A DNA stretch of 64,000 nucleotides from Campylobacterota bacterium (GTDB taxonomy: Bacteria > Campylobacterota > Campylobacteria > Campylobacterales > Arcobacteraceae): positions 1-64,000 of the forward strand of contig JBNJFB010000008.1 in the NCBI GenBank assembly GCA_051746405.1, in the 5' to 3' direction. The stretch's first letter is position 1; every line of letters begins with the position of its first letter. A program made the translations under genes and the position numbers. This document shows positions 11,397-22,109 of the stretch, one piece after another. The notes below the pieces were generated by a model. It saw nothing but the letters and a program-made list of their open reading frames with translations. It had not been told where the DNA came from and did no database searches.

Positions 11397-11927
11397 CTAA
11401 ACTGCTTTTAAAATATGATCAATCATTTGAGATTTTAATCTCTCTTTTGAAAAAGAGATTTCAACCCCAAGTCCATCAATATCTACTTTAATTCCATCAT
11501 AATCACAAACATTTTGTGATAATGATAAATCAACATCAAATTTTTTACTGAATTGTTTCTCAATAGAAGAAACATAATCATTTGAAAGTTTTTGATTAGT
11601 GTAAACAACACCTTCAAATCTATTATCCAATTTTGCTATTTGTGAAGCTAATTCACTTGCAATATTAGGTAATAAAGAAAGTCTTCTTTTTTCACCAAGT
11701 AACTTAATTAAGTTTGTCATTGCTTCATTGGATTTTGAAGCCATTGAAATAACCAATTCAACTTTTTTACTATCACTTACTTCAGGAGAAGAAATAATAG
11801 ACTTGAACTTTTCATCAGCGAATGCTGTTGAAATTGTAGTTAAATTTGAACTTAAAGCACTAATAGCTTTACTATTTTTACCTTCAATTAACGCTTTTAC
11901 ATATCTCTTTGCTATTAAATCATTCAT
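11397..11927 (-). CDS. atpH: F1 ATP synthase delta subunit
   Basis: IAKRYVKAL N-terminus; position in atp operon. Confidence 0.9.
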   Translation of the reverse strand: MNDLIAKRYVKALIEGKNSKAISALSSNLTTISTAFADEKFKSIISSPEVSDSKKVELVISMASKSNEAMTNLIKLLGEKRRLSLLPNIASELASQIAKLDNRFEGVVYTNQKLSNDYVSSIEKQFSKKFDVDLSLSQNVCDYDGIKVDIDGLGVEISFSKERLKSQMIDHILKAV

Positions 11928-12454
11928 TACGCAACCTTTTTAATTACTATATTAGCTAACTCGTCTTGAGATAGTTTAATATTGTCTGATTTTAATAGCT
12001 CTTCAAGAACTTCTTCAACAGTTTCTCTTTTTGCTTTTGATGTTTCAACTTTTATCATTTCATCTAGATTTTTCTCTAAATTTGTAATATCTGTTTCCAC
12101 ATCAGTAACAACTTTTTGTTTAACTGAATTAATATCAGCTTTTGCATTTTCAACAATTTCAGCTGCAAGTTTTTTTGCATCATCTAACTGTTTTTGTGCA
12201 TCATTTACTTTATCTTCTGAAGCTTTTAAAGTATCTTGTACTTTGTCAAGTTCAGCTTGTATAGATGAAGATCTATTTGCGAAATAAGCTTTAATTTTAT
12301 CAGCAAGTAAATACCATAAAATTCCAGCAAATATTATAAAGTTAACGGTTCTTTCAACGATATCGTAATCAGTTTCCGCACCTTGGGCAGCTAAAAGTGA
12401 TAAAGGAGTAATTAAGACTCCAAGAGTTAATAAAACTTTTTTCATACTACACAT
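11927..12454 (-). CDS. atpF: Fo ATP synthase subunit b
   Basis: RTVNFIIFAGILWY TM then coiled coil; real start probably ATG at 12445 (MKKVLL). Confidence 0.88.
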   Translation of the reverse strand: MCSMKKVLLTLGVLITPLSLLAAQGAETDYDIVERTVNFIIFAGILWYLLADKIKAYFANRSSSIQAELDKVQDTLKASEDKVNDAQKQLDDAKKLAAEIVENAKADINSVKQKVVTDVETDITNLEKNLDEMIKVETSKAKRETVEEVLEELLKSDNIKLSQDELANIVIKKVA

Positions 12455-12456
12455 CC

Positions 12457-12879
12457 TTAAATCGAGCTAATTTTAGCTTTTAAGCTCTCATTATATTGAG
12501 GCATAGCTGAAACTAAAGTTTTCTTCAACTCTTTAGTCTCCTCTTCTAAACTTTTAGCAAACTCAGCAGATTTTGCTTCCAAATTAGACTTAGCGCTAGC
12601 AAGTTTTGCATCAGCACTCTCTTTTGCTTCCTTATAAGCTTGTTCTCTAATTGCTGCAGCCTCTTTTTTTGCTTCAGCAATAACATTATTAGCCTCAGCA
12701 ATCATTCCATCTACATTCGCACCGTTTGACTTTGCATCTTCTAAATCTTTTTGTATAGAAGTTGTTCTATCATCCATGTGCTTCAATAGCGGCTTGAACA
12801 GACAGCTGTTTAGCCTAGCAACAACCAAAAGAAAGATGATACCAGAGCTAAGCAATAATACAGGACTTATGTCTAACAT
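12457..12879 (-). CDS. Fo ATP synthase subunit b'
   Basis: LNSCLFKPLLKHMDDR motif, helical stalk; first gene of atp block. Confidence 0.88.
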   Translation of the reverse strand: MLDISPVLLLSSGIIFLLVVARLNSCLFKPLLKHMDDRTTSIQKDLEDAKSNGANVDGMIAEANNVIAEAKKEAAAIREQAYKEAKESADAKLASAKSNLEAKSAEFAKSLEEETKELKKTLVSAMPQYNESLKAKISSI

Positions 12880-12998
12880 TCATTCCTCCATATTTTTTAC
12901 AGTTTAGTTTGACTAAAACTTATATATTTTAGCAAAGTTAAATATAAAACTATATTAAAAGAATAAACTAGATTGTAAATTTTTAGATTTTATTACTA

Positions 12999-13859
12999 TT
13001 ATACATTTAGAAGTTTAGATATTTTGTCAATATCCTCTTGTGAGCGTATTTCTATCTTGAAATAGTTCTTTTCAGCTTTTACTTTTAAGTCTTTATTCTC
13101 AAGTTTTGAAATCATATTATTTAATGGGTTAAAATCATAGGTTGTTACTTTTTTACTCTTTTTCTTATTGTTTTTGTCTTTATTCTTCATATTTTTTACA
13201 AGAAGTTCAGTTTGTCTTACAGATAGCTTCTGCCCAACTATAGAATCACAAACTAATTTCTGTTCGTCTTCTGTGAGTCCAAGCATAATTTTTGCATGTC
13301 CTGCACTAATTTTGTCGCTTGCTAAAAATTGTTGTACATATGAGGATAATTGTAACAATCTTAAGGTGTTTGTTATTGAAGCTCTACTTTTAAATACTCT
13401 TTTTGATAGTTCATCATGGGTTAGGTTATGTTCATTTATCAATTGTGCATAAGAGTAAGCTAATTCTATAATATTTAAATCATCTCTTTGAATATTCTCA
13501 ATTAATGCAAGCTCTCTTAACTTTAACTCTTCTGCATCAATTATAAATGCTTTAATTGTTTCAATATTTGCTATTTTATGGGCTCTTAATCTTCTCTCAC
13601 CAGCCACAAGAGTGTAGTTATTTTCACCATTTCTTATAACTGTAACTGGCTGAATTAATCCATGTTCAATAATTGAGTCACTTAACTCTTTTAATCTTTG
13701 TTCATCAAAAATTTTTCTAGGTTGATTGGGATTTGCATGTATAGAGTTTATATCTAACTCTAATACTTGCATGTTGTTATCGTCACCTCTGCTAGTTGAA
13801 CTTCCATAAGCACTTTCAACTTCACCTAATAATTCACCTAATCCTCTACCTAATGCCAT
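12999..13859 (-). CDS. parB: Chromosome partitioning protein ParB
   Basis: LGRGL, NPNQPRK, AGERRLRA, ENIQRDDL, HTH. Confidence 0.97.
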   Translation of the reverse strand: MALGRGLGELLGEVESAYGSSTSRGDDNNMQVLELDINSIHANPNQPRKIFDEQRLKELSDSIIEHGLIQPVTVIRNGENNYTLVAGERRLRAHKIANIETIKAFIIDAEELKLRELALIENIQRDDLNIIELAYSYAQLINEHNLTHDELSKRVFKSRASITNTLRLLQLSSYVQQFLASDKISAGHAKIMLGLTEDEQKLVCDSIVGQKLSVRQTELLVKNMKNKDKNNKKKSKKVTTYDFNPLNNMISKLENKDLKVKAEKNYFKIEIRSQEDIDKISKLLNV

Positions 13860-13883
13860 TTTCTTATCCTAATATTTTTTTGA

Positions 13884-14660
13884 CTAACCAGCAATAGCTT
13901 TTGCTAAATTTGTATATGCTTTTGTGCCTGTTGCACTTGCATCATAAAGCATAATTGGTTTTCCAAAACTTGGACTTTCTGCAAGTTTAATATTTCTTGG
14001 AATAACTACATATGAACTCTCATCAATTTTAAACAGCTTTGTTTCAAAGTGCTGTGCTAAATCTGCAAATACTTGCTTTGATAAATTATTTTGCGAACTA
14101 TACATTGTAGGTAAAAAACCTCTGATTTGTAAAGATTTATTAATTGTTTGCTTTACAAGTTTAATTGTATTTAATAGTTGTGCTAATCCCTCTAGTGCAA
14201 AAAACTCACACTGTATTGGAATAATAACTGAATTTGAAGCACTCAACGTATTGATTGTAATTGGTCCTAAAGCAGGTGGTGAATCTATGATAATATAATC
14301 ATAATCCTTTTTTATTGGATCAATTTTTCTTTTTAAAACAAGCTCTCTATCTTTTAAATCTTTGTAGAACTCTTTTTCAATTCCTACTAAGCCTATATTT
14401 GAAGGAGCAACTTTTAGTGTTTCTAACTCTGAGTCTAATATAATTTCTTGCAAATCTTTTGTACCTATCATTACATGATAAATATTATACTCATAAGTGT
14501 CTCTTTGGAAACCTAAGGATGTTGTAGCATTAGCTTGTGGATCAGCATCTATTAGAAGTACTTTTTTTCCCTTTAAAGCTAAAGCTGCACTTAAATTTAC
14601 TGCTGTTGTGGTCTTGCCAACACCACCTTTTTGATTAGCTATTGAAATAATCTCTGTCAT
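13884..14660 (-). CDS. parA: Chromosome partitioning ATPase ParA/Soj
   Basis: NQKGGVGKTT, DADPQAN, LAESPSFG. Confidence 0.97.
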   Translation of the reverse strand: MTEIISIANQKGGVGKTTTAVNLSAALALKGKKVLLIDADPQANATTSLGFQRDTYEYNIYHVMIGTKDLQEIILDSELETLKVAPSNIGLVGIEKEFYKDLKDRELVLKRKIDPIKKDYDYIIIDSPPALGPITINTLSASNSVIIPIQCEFFALEGLAQLLNTIKLVKQTINKSLQIRGFLPTMYSSQNNLSKQVFADLAQHFETKLFKIDESSYVVIPRNIKLAESPSFGKPIMLYDASATGTKAYTNLAKAIAG

Positions 14661-15292
14661 CTTAAACTAAATACCTTTTCATTATTTAAATATACCGAAC
14701 CATCGTCATTTAGTATTGCATTTTGTAATGTTACTTTTTGATTATTGACTGTTGCATAAAATTTTTTACTAAGTTTAAATTCTACCCTAAATTTACTAAA
14801 TATTTGCTTCCATGAAATAGTTTTTTTTAGTTCATCTAAATAACTTTCTAATAGTAAGTCTTTTTCTATGCTAATATCTAGCTTTCCAAACTGCTGCTGT
14901 ACATTGACAATATTAAGACCTATTCCACAATAGATTAAATCACTTGACATTGAAGTAATTGTTCCTCCAATTTTCTTATTGTCAATATAAAAATCATTTG
15001 GCCACTTTAGCCATACTTTTGAACCAAAACTTTTCAATACACTTCTTAATATAAAAGAGAAGTATATAGATGTGCTTTGTAGAGGTAAGTCTTTTGGTAA
15101 TTCACTTTTCTCAATTACAAAAGAGAAAAAAAGATTCCCTTTTTCACCTTGCCAAGAGTTACCTCTACTTCCAATACCATTTGTTTGATTACTAGTAACT
15201 ACACATAAACTACCATTAAAGCCATTGGTTTTAATATGCTCTTTTAAGTATTTGTGTGTAGATTCTACTTTTTCTAATCTTATAATTTTCAT
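14657..15292 (-). CDS. birA: Biotin--[acetyl-CoA carboxylase] ligase (no HTH)
   Basis: QTNGIGSRGNSW, KWPND, KKIGG. Confidence 0.93.
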   Translation of the reverse strand: MKIIRLEKVESTHKYLKEHIKTNGFNGSLCVVTSNQTNGIGSRGNSWQGEKGNLFFSFVIEKSELPKDLPLQSTSIYFSFILRSVLKSFGSKVWLKWPNDFYIDNKKIGGTITSMSSDLIYCGIGLNIVNVQQQFGKLDISIEKDLLLESYLDELKKTISWKQIFSKFRVEFKLSKKFYATVNNQKVTLQNAILNDDGSVYLNNEKVFSLR

Positions 15293-15297
15293 ATACT

Positions 15298-15305
15298 ATT
15301 ATACA
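15298..15305 (-). promoter_or_regulatory. -10 element immediately upstream of birA ATG (putative leaderless promoter)
   Basis: Minus strand TGTATAAT-agtat-ATG; no Shine-Dalgarno. Confidence 0.55.
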
Positions 15306-15355
15306 TAATTTATTTTCAAGATATAGTTAAATATAATTTCAAAAAAGGTTATATT

Positions 15356-16249
15356 TTGCTAGATCCTGTTTTACCAATTGCTCTATACCTATTTTTAGGC
15401 TACTTATTTAAAACTGTTTTTCATGATAACTCTAAACAACTAATTGAGTTTATTATATACTTTTCTTTGCCTGCAATAGTGTTTTCAAAAATTTATCCAC
15501 TAACTTTAGATGCTAGAATACTATCACTAATTTTAATGTTTATAGGTTTTATTTTATTAAATTTAGCATTAGCTTATTTTATTGGTAAATTAATGAAACT
15601 AGATAGATTGCTTTTAGCCACATTTATGATTATGGCTACTTTTGGTAATACATCATTTATTGGATTTTCTTATATTGATGCATTTTACGGTCAAGAGTAT
15701 ATTGTCTATGGACTTATATATGATCTGTTTGGTTCATTTTTGCTTTTAGTTTCAATAGGTATGTTTATAATTACATGGGGTAGTGGAAGAAAAAATGATA
15801 GTAAAACTATCTTTAAAAGTATTTTTTTATTTCCCCCTAGTATTATGTTTTTTGTTACAGTAATTGCAAAAAACTATGAGGTTCCAAACTTTTTACTTCT
15901 TACTTCTGAATCTTTAGGAGCAACTTTAGTTCCAATTGCAATGATTGCTATTGGTATGAAACTTGAATTAAAACATATATTTGTAAAATTTCATATTGTT
16001 TCAATGGCTATGATATTAAAAATGATTATAGTACCAATTATAGTTCTTATTGGATTTCAGTTATTTTATGGAATTAATGAAACATGGGTTAAAGTTACAA
16101 TTATTGAAGTTGCAATGCCACCTATGACTATGGCTACTGTTTTAGCAATAAAAGGTGGACTAGATGAGAAAGTAGCAATTAACTCACTTGTTCTTGGAGT
16201 TTTATTAAGCTTAGTTACAATTACAGCTTACACTAAGTATTTAGCATAA
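15356..16249 (+). CDS. AEC (auxin efflux carrier/malate permease) family transporter
   Basis: About 10 TM segments; YFSLPAIVF, FGNTSFIG, PIAMIAIG, AMPP motifs; TTG start. Confidence 0.88.
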   Translation: MLDPVLPIALYLFLGYLFKTVFHDNSKQLIEFIIYFSLPAIVFSKIYPLTLDARILSLILMFIGFILLNLALAYFIGKLMKLDRLLLATFMIMATFGNTSFIGFSYIDAFYGQEYIVYGLIYDLFGSFLLLVSIGMFIITWGSGRKNDSKTIFKSIFLFPPSIMFFVTVIAKNYEVPNFLLLTSESLGATLVPIAMIAIGMKLELKHIFVKFHIVSMAMILKMIIVPIIVLIGFQLFYGINETWVKVTIIEVAMPPMTMATVLAIKGGLDEKVAINSLVLGVLLSLVTITAYTKYLA

Positions 16250-16260
16250 AAAGCTAAATA

Positions 16261-17181
16261 CTACTGTAAGATATCACCCACTTCTAATCTCTTACCTCTA
16301 ATATAATCAACTGAACTAATGGCTTTTTTAGATGGAGCTTGTATTATTTTTACTTTTATGCTTCCATTTTTACAACCAAGTATAATATAATCTTTTTGTA
16401 TTTCTAATATCTTACCCTTAGTATTTTTTGAAGATATTTCATATAAATCTATATCTTTTAGCTTTAATTTTGATTCTAAAAAAATACCAGGCCAAAAACA
16501 GTAGGCTTTATATTTTAAAAAAGTCTCTTTTGCATCATCTAAAGATATTAAACCATCTTCTTTTTTTATTTTCTTGCAATAACTAACATCACTAACTATC
16601 TGTTTTTTTGGTTCGATATTTTCAAATTTATCTAATGTAGTTATTGTTAAATCAGCTGCAATAGTTGAAAGCTTATTAAATACATCAACAACTGTCATAT
16701 CATTTTTTAATTTTAAATATTTATACCCTAAAATATCTCCACTATCTAATCCAACATCCATAAGCATAGATGTAACACCCGTAAATGTATCATCATTTAA
16801 AATAGATTCTTGTATAGGACTTGCACCTCTGTATTTAGGAAGTAATGATGCATGTAAGTTAATACAAGGTGCAATATCTAAAATATCTTTTGGTAGTATT
16901 TGACCATATGCAGCTACTACTATAAAATCAGGATTTAATTTTAATATATCTCTCATAACCTCTTTATTGTCTTTTAATTTATTTGGCTGAAAGATAGGTA
17001 TTGATAAGTTATTATCAATACAATACTGTTTAATATGTGGGGCTGTAAGTATCTGTTTTCTACCAACTTTTTTATCAGGTTGAGTAAATAAACCAACTAA
17101 TTCATATGAACTATTAATTAATGTTTTAAAGATTGTTGTTGCATAGTCAGGAGTTCCCATAAATATAATTTTTTTACTCAT
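16261..17181 (-). CDS. fmt: Methionyl-tRNA formyltransferase
   Basis: FMGTPDYA, TQPDK, NLHASLLPKYRGASPI. Confidence 0.97.
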   Translation of the reverse strand: MSKKIIFMGTPDYATTIFKTLINSSYELVGLFTQPDKKVGRKQILTAPHIKQYCIDNNLSIPIFQPNKLKDNKEVMRDILKLNPDFIVVAAYGQILPKDILDIAPCINLHASLLPKYRGASPIQESILNDDTFTGVTSMLMDVGLDSGDILGYKYLKLKNDMTVVDVFNKLSTIAADLTITTLDKFENIEPKKQIVSDVSYCKKIKKEDGLISLDDAKETFLKYKAYCFWPGIFLESKLKLKDIDLYEISSKNTKGKILEIQKDYIILGCKNGSIKVKIIQAPSKKAISSVDYIRGKRLEVGDILQ

Positions 17182-17989
17182 CTATATCCTTACATTTAGT
17201 TTTAAAAACTGTTCCACTTTTATGATTTCCATTTAGTAAAAAATCATAAGCATTTGTTAAATCAAATCCCGATGATAAATACATTGGAATATTATGCTCC
17301 ATTAAAAAGTTTGCAGCTTTTAGTTTTGTAACTATTCCACCTGTTGCAAATTGTGAATTAGCTGTATGACTCATTTGTAAATCATCTTCACATATAAAAG
17401 ATACATTTTTAAGAAGTTTTGCATCATCAAAATGATGTGGGTTTTTATCATAATATCCATCAATATCAGACAATATAGCTAACATATCTGCTTTAAAATA
17501 GTAAGTAACATGTGCAGCTAATTGGTCATTGTCACCAAATAATAGCTCATCATTTGCAATAACATCGTTTTCGTTTATTATGGGTAAGATACTATTTTTT
17601 AATAAAATCTCCATAACATTTTGTGCATTTTTTGTACGTTTTCGCGAATCAAAATCATCTGCAATTAAAAGCATTTGGGCACAACTTATGCTGTGTTTAC
17701 TGAAATTCTTTTTATAGTTTTTTAGTAATAAAGGCTGCCCAATTGCAGCTAATGCTTGCTTATTTGCTATATCTGTTTTATCAAGTTTCAAGGTTGTAAA
17801 ACCAGCACCAACAGCACCTGAAGATACTAGTATAACCTCATAGCCTTTTTCATTTTTCAGCTTTGCAATTAAATCAACTAAAGCTTCTAATCTAGTTAGT
17901 GATAATTTACCATTTTCAGTAAGTACTGCTGTTCCAACTTTTATTACTAACCTTTTATTTGTAAGCAAATTTTCACTTTTTTTCATCAT
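17174..17989 (-). CDS. proB: Glutamate 5-kinase (no PUA domain)
   Basis: [32 protein letters not shown]. Confidence 0.96.
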   Translation of the reverse strand: MMKKSENLLTNKRLVIKVGTAVLTENGKLSLTRLEALVDLIAKLKNEKGYEVILVSSGAVGAGFTTLKLDKTDIANKQALAAIGQPLLLKNYKKNFSKHSISCAQMLLIADDFDSRKRTKNAQNVMEILLKNSILPIINENDVIANDELLFGDNDQLAAHVTYYFKADMLAILSDIDGYYDKNPHHFDDAKLLKNVSFICEDDLQMSHTANSQFATGGIVTKLKAANFLMEHNIPMYLSSGFDLTNAYDFLLNGNHKSGTVFKTKCKDIDE

Positions 17990-19077
17990 TTATTTAATTC
18001 CAATAGTTTATATAGTGAATATTTTAAAGATTCAAGATTATTTTTTGTCATAGATGAAATTGGAAGTATAAAAAATGGCTTACTATTATCAAATCTATTA
18101 TATGTTAAATCTTGAACATAGTATGGTAACTCATTATCAAATCCAAACTCACTGCTTGTTGATGGCTCTAAGTTAACATCAGATATAAACTTTAAGATAT
18201 CAGCTTCTAAATTTTCACCATAATAAGCATCTGTTCTACTTACTGCAATAGCAAAGTTTCTTTTTGATAGCTCTTTTGAGAATTTTGTTACCTCTTCTTT
18301 TAATACACTGTATTGATTTGTCATTGTCCTATAGTTTGCAGCATCAATTAAGAAAAGAAGTGTTTTTGTTCTTTCAATGTGTTTTAAAAACTCTAACCCT
18401 AAACCTTTTCCCTCAGCTGCACCATCAATAATTCCAGGAATATCAGCCATTACAAAAGAGTTAAACTCCCCTACTTCTACTACACCTAATTTTGGTGTTA
18501 AGGTTGTAAACTCATAATTAGCAACTTGTGGAGTTGCATTTGATGTTGCTGAAATCAAAGTTGATTTACCAACATTAGGATAACCAACAAGTCCAATATC
18601 TGCAATTAGTTTTAACTCTAATCTTATAGTTTTTGTTTTTCCAGGAAGTCCTGGCTGTGCATAAGTAGGTCTTTGATTTCTAGAGTTTTTAAAGTGTACA
18701 TTCCCTAGACCTCCTTTTCCACCTTCTAAAAATTTTATTTTATCACCTTCATTTAAAAGGTCATATAAAACTTCATCTGTATCATCATCAATAACTTGTG
18801 TTCCAGGTGGTACTATTAATACAAGTGGATCTGCAGATTTACCCGTCATTTTAGAACCCATTCCTTGCTTACCATTTTCGGCTTTAAATACCTTTCTTCC
18901 CTTGTAGTATGATAATGTATCGGTATTGTTATCTACTAAAAAGTAAACATTTCCACCTTTTCCACCATCACCACCATCAGGACCACCTTTTACTACAAAC
19001 TTCTCTCTTCTAAATGATGTACAACCTTGTCCACCCTTTCCTGATGATACACTAAATTTAGCACTATCTATGAACAT
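17986..19077 (-). CDS. obgE: GTPase ObgE/CgtA
   Basis: Gly-rich Obg fold ([17 protein letters not shown]), [12 protein letters not shown]. Confidence 0.98.
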   Translation of the reverse strand: MFIDSAKFSVSSGKGGQGCTSFRREKFVVKGGPDGGDGGKGGNVYFLVDNNTDTLSYYKGRKVFKAENGKQGMGSKMTGKSADPLVLIVPPGTQVIDDDTDEVLYDLLNEGDKIKFLEGGKGGLGNVHFKNSRNQRPTYAQPGLPGKTKTIRLELKLIADIGLVGYPNVGKSTLISATSNATPQVANYEFTTLTPKLGVVEVGEFNSFVMADIPGIIDGAAEGKGLGLEFLKHIERTKTLLFLIDAANYRTMTNQYSVLKEEVTKFSKELSKRNFAIAVSRTDAYYGENLEADILKFISDVNLEPSTSSEFGFDNELPYYVQDLTYNRFDNSKPFFILPISSMTKNNLESLKYSLYKLLELNK

Positions 19078-19150
19078 AATATAACCTCCAATGGTTTATA
19101 AAAAATCAAAAATCAACCAATATTAACTTTTGAGTTTTTATATTATAAAT

Positions 19151-19187
19151 AAAAAAAGGGTGTAGGCAGACGCCATACACCCTTTTT
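19151..19187 (-). terminator. Rho-independent terminator after rplU-rpmA
   Basis: AAAAAAAGGGTGTAGGC-agac-GCCATACACCCTTTTT; GC-rich stem with 7-U tail on minus strand. Confidence 0.8.
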
Positions 19188-19211
19188 GACTAAAATTTGA
19201 AAATAAACTTC

Positions 19212-19466
19212 CTATGAAGAGTAAACTGAAACTTTTTTTCTTCTTTTGTCTTTAGTTTCAAATGCTACTACTCCATCAACTAAAGAGTAGATTGTATGGT
19301 CTTTACCAATACCTACATTTTCACCACAGTGAACTTTAGTACCTCTTTGTCTTAAAATGATGTTTCCAGCTCTTACAACTTCACCACCAAATTTCTTAAC
19401 ACCAAGTCTTTTTCCGGCTGAATCTCTGTTATTCTGTGTACTTCCTTGACCTTTTTTATGAGCCAT
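19212..19466 (-). CDS. rpmA: 50S ribosomal protein L27
   Basis: [22 protein letters not shown]. Confidence 0.99.
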   Translation of the reverse strand: MAHKKGQGSTQNNRDSAGKRLGVKKFGGEVVRAGNIILRQRGTKVHCGENVGIGKDHTIYSLVDGVVAFETKDKRRKKVSVYSS

Positions 19467-19487
19467 TTTCTATCTCCTTAAGATTGC

Positions 19488-19805
19488 TTATGCAGCTATT
19501 TTAGTAATTCTAACTTTTGTAAAGCTTTTTCTGAAACCTTTTTTAAGCTTAGAATCTTTTCTTCTTCTTTTTTTGTAAATAATAACTTTTCTACCTCTAT
19601 TTACACCTGTACCATCTAATACTACCTCAGCTTCAACTTTTGCAGAAGATACTGCATCACCTGTTTTTAGCTCACCATCGTTTACAGCTAAAACATCTGT
19701 AATTTCTAAAGTCTCTTTTGCAGCTTTTCCAGTATAGTCTATATCAAGAATATCACCTTCTTGAACTTTGTACTGTTTTCCACGACACTTGATAATTGCG
19801 TACAT
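19488..19805 (-). CDS. rplU: 50S ribosomal protein L21
   Basis: MYAIIK..GKQYKV, KKRRRK...KKGFR; adjacent to rpmA. Confidence 0.97.
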   Translation of the reverse strand: MYAIIKCRGKQYKVQEGDILDIDYTGKAAKETLEITDVLAVNDGELKTGDAVSSAKVEAEVVLDGTGVNRGRKVIIYKKRRRKDSKLKKGFRKSFTKVRITKIAA

Positions 19806-19935
19806 TTTTCTTCCTCTAATATTTCAGTTCTTTGTGTTAATTTTTTATTGCCAAAATTATACTAACCTTATTTTTCGAACGGGAATATTACCTTAATTTA
19901 GTTTAAACTTTCTTTAAGTCAAACTTTTAAAATTT

Positions 19936-20319
19936 TTAATGGTAACTACTAGCACTAGCAACTGCATCTACCATAATCAAAGAGTTCATAGGTAACTTCT
20001 TTGCTGCTATGGTACTTCTAGCTGGTTTATGATCCCCAAAAGCTTCTGCAAACAGTACATTTACTACACCAAAATCTTCTATATTTTCTAAATATACAGA
20101 TACTTTAACTACATTGCTCATATTACTCTCTGCATCTTCTAGTAATGTTCTTAAATTTGATAGAACCTGTCTTGTTTGAACTTTTATATCCCTTTCAACC
20201 ATTGTACCATCTAATGTAACAGGTACTTGAGCAGAAGTATAAACCATACCATTTATTTTAATTGCAGGAGAGTAAGGTCCTATAGCTTCAGGTAAATTAT
20301 CACTTTGAATTAATTTCAT
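19936..20319 (-). CDS. RidA/YjgF family reactive-intermediate deaminase
   Basis: AIGPYS, VVKVSVYL, KPARS. Confidence 0.9.
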   Translation of the reverse strand: MKLIQSDNLPEAIGPYSPAIKINGMVYTSAQVPVTLDGTMVERDIKVQTRQVLSNLRTLLEDAESNMSNVVKVSVYLENIEDFGVVNVLFAEAFGDHKPARSTIAAKKLPMNSLIMVDAVASASSYH

Positions 20320-20394
20320 TTCTTTTCCTCATTTAAATTCTTTTTAAAATAGTACAAAAATAATGCTAGTAAAAAAATTAAATTTTAAAATTAA

Positions 20395-22032
20395 CTATAA
20401 ATTATAACTTACAAGCTTACCTTGCTTAAGCTGATAGAGATTATCTTTAATTTTTCTAAGTGTTTTTGACTTCTCATTGAAACTAATTGTTTTATCGTAT
20501 GATACTTGTGTTAATTTTTTTGAGTAATACCTATGTAGTAGTATTACAAGCTCATTTTTCAAACGCTCATCATCATAGTTTTCTAACTTTTCATTTAAAA
20601 CAATAGAGTTTAATGAGATATTGTTTATGTCATTTAATAGTATCTCAAACTCATTATGGTGAACTTCAAACATACTTGGTTCTATTAAGTTTAATACAAA
20701 ATCTAATCTTTGGGGTTTTTCTAAAATAGCTTTTATAATACATAGTTCTTGAATATTTATTTTTGTTAAATCAACTCTTTTATTAGTTTGATTATCTATT
20801 GTTGTTTTAATTAAACTTTCACGAATATTTAATTTCTGAGCTATATACCTTTTATACTCATCTTGATATAAAACACCTAAAGATCTTAAATAATCATTTG
20901 CTTCACCTAAAGCTTTTTGCTTTTGAGCTGGATTATTTATATCATATTTATTTAAAATATAATCAATACAATAAACAATAAAATCAACTGTATTTGAAAA
21001 CATTTGATTTAACTCTTGAATGTTACCATTATTTACCATATCAGCAGGGTCCAATCCCTCTTCAAATATTACAACACCACCTTCAAACTCCCCTTGACTT
21101 AACATAACAGAAGCTTTAAAGGCAGCTTCAAGTCCCGCCCTATCTCCATCATAAGCTAATATTATTTTAGGTTCTCCCCTTCTTAATAGAGGTAAGTGCT
21201 CTTTTGTAAGTGCCGTTCCAAGTGTTGCAACTGCTGTATTAAATCCACCTTGATGTAGCATAATAACATCTAAATAACCCTCACAAACTATCAACTCATT
21301 TTTTTTATAGATACTCTTCTTAGCAACATTGTAGCCATACAAAAGCCTTGATTTATTGAAAAGTTTTGTTTGTGGTGAGTTTATATACTTTGCATTATGT
21401 CCTGTAATTGTCCTACCGCCAAAGCCTACTATTTTATCATTATTTGTATATATAGGAAAAGTGATTCTTTCAATAAATCTAGCATACAGTCCATTATCAC
21501 CTGTATTTATAACACCTAAATCAATAGCTTCATTTAAATTATAATGATTTGATTTTAGATAAGTTAAAGTATCACTTGATTTTGGAGCATAACCTATTTC
21601 AAACTTCTCAATTGAAAACTCAGAAATTCCCCTACTTTTAATATACTCTCTTGCTATACTGTTATTTACAAAAAGCTTTTGATAGTATGAGTTTATATCC
21701 TCTAAAACTTTAGTATCAAGCCTTTTTTGTCTGTTGTTATCATCTCGTTCTAAATAGATATTATACATCGATGCTAATTTTTCTATTGCTTCTGGATATG
21801 ATAGTTTTTCATACTCCATTAGAAACTTAATGGAATCACCACCAATACCACATCCAAAACAGTGAAATATTTGCTTAGCAGGACTTACAACAAATGAGGG
21901 AGTACTTTCTCCATGGAAAGGACAGCAAGCTTTAAAGTTTGCACCTGATTTTTTTAACTCTAAAAATTGTGAGACTACATCCACCACATCTAAGTGGTTT
22001 TTTAAATTTTCTATTGATTCATTTTTTATCAT
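20395..22032 (-). CDS. dnaG: DNA primase
   Basis: CPFH..TPSF..HCFGC zinc finger, KYINSP, EGYLDV, YDGD TOPRIM. Confidence 0.98.
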   Translation of the reverse strand: MIKNESIENLKNHLDVVDVVSQFLELKKSGANFKACCPFHGESTPSFVVSPAKQIFHCFGCGIGGDSIKFLMEYEKLSYPEAIEKLASMYNIYLERDDNNRQKRLDTKVLEDINSYYQKLFVNNSIAREYIKSRGISEFSIEKFEIGYAPKSSDTLTYLKSNHYNLNEAIDLGVINTGDNGLYARFIERITFPIYTNNDKIVGFGGRTITGHNAKYINSPQTKLFNKSRLLYGYNVAKKSIYKKNELIVCEGYLDVIMLHQGGFNTAVATLGTALTKEHLPLLRRGEPKIILAYDGDRAGLEAAFKASVMLSQGEFEGGVVIFEEGLDPADMVNNGNIQELNQMFSNTVDFIVYCIDYILNKYDINNPAQKQKALGEANDYLRSLGVLYQDEYKRYIAQKLNIRESLIKTTIDNQTNKRVDLTKINIQELCIIKAILEKPQRLDFVLNLIEPSMFEVHHNEFEILLNDINNISLNSIVLNEKLENYDDERLKNELVILLHRYYSKKLTQVSYDKTISFNEKSKTLRKIKDNLYQLKQGKLVSYNL

Positions 22033-22039
22033 AGTTGAT

Positions 22040-22047
22040 ATTATACA
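22040..22047 (-). promoter_or_regulatory. -10 element 7 nt upstream of dnaG ATG (putative leaderless promoter)
   Basis: Minus strand TGTATAAT-atcaact-ATG; no Shine-Dalgarno. Confidence 0.55.
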
Positions 22048-22109
22048 CTTTTATTATTTTATATGAACTTTTATGATAAAATTTACAATATTTATTAAAA
22101 AGGTGCATA

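Noticed and set aside
12880..15355. parS site near parAB
   Set aside because: No TGTTTCACGTGAAACA-like palindrome found by eye
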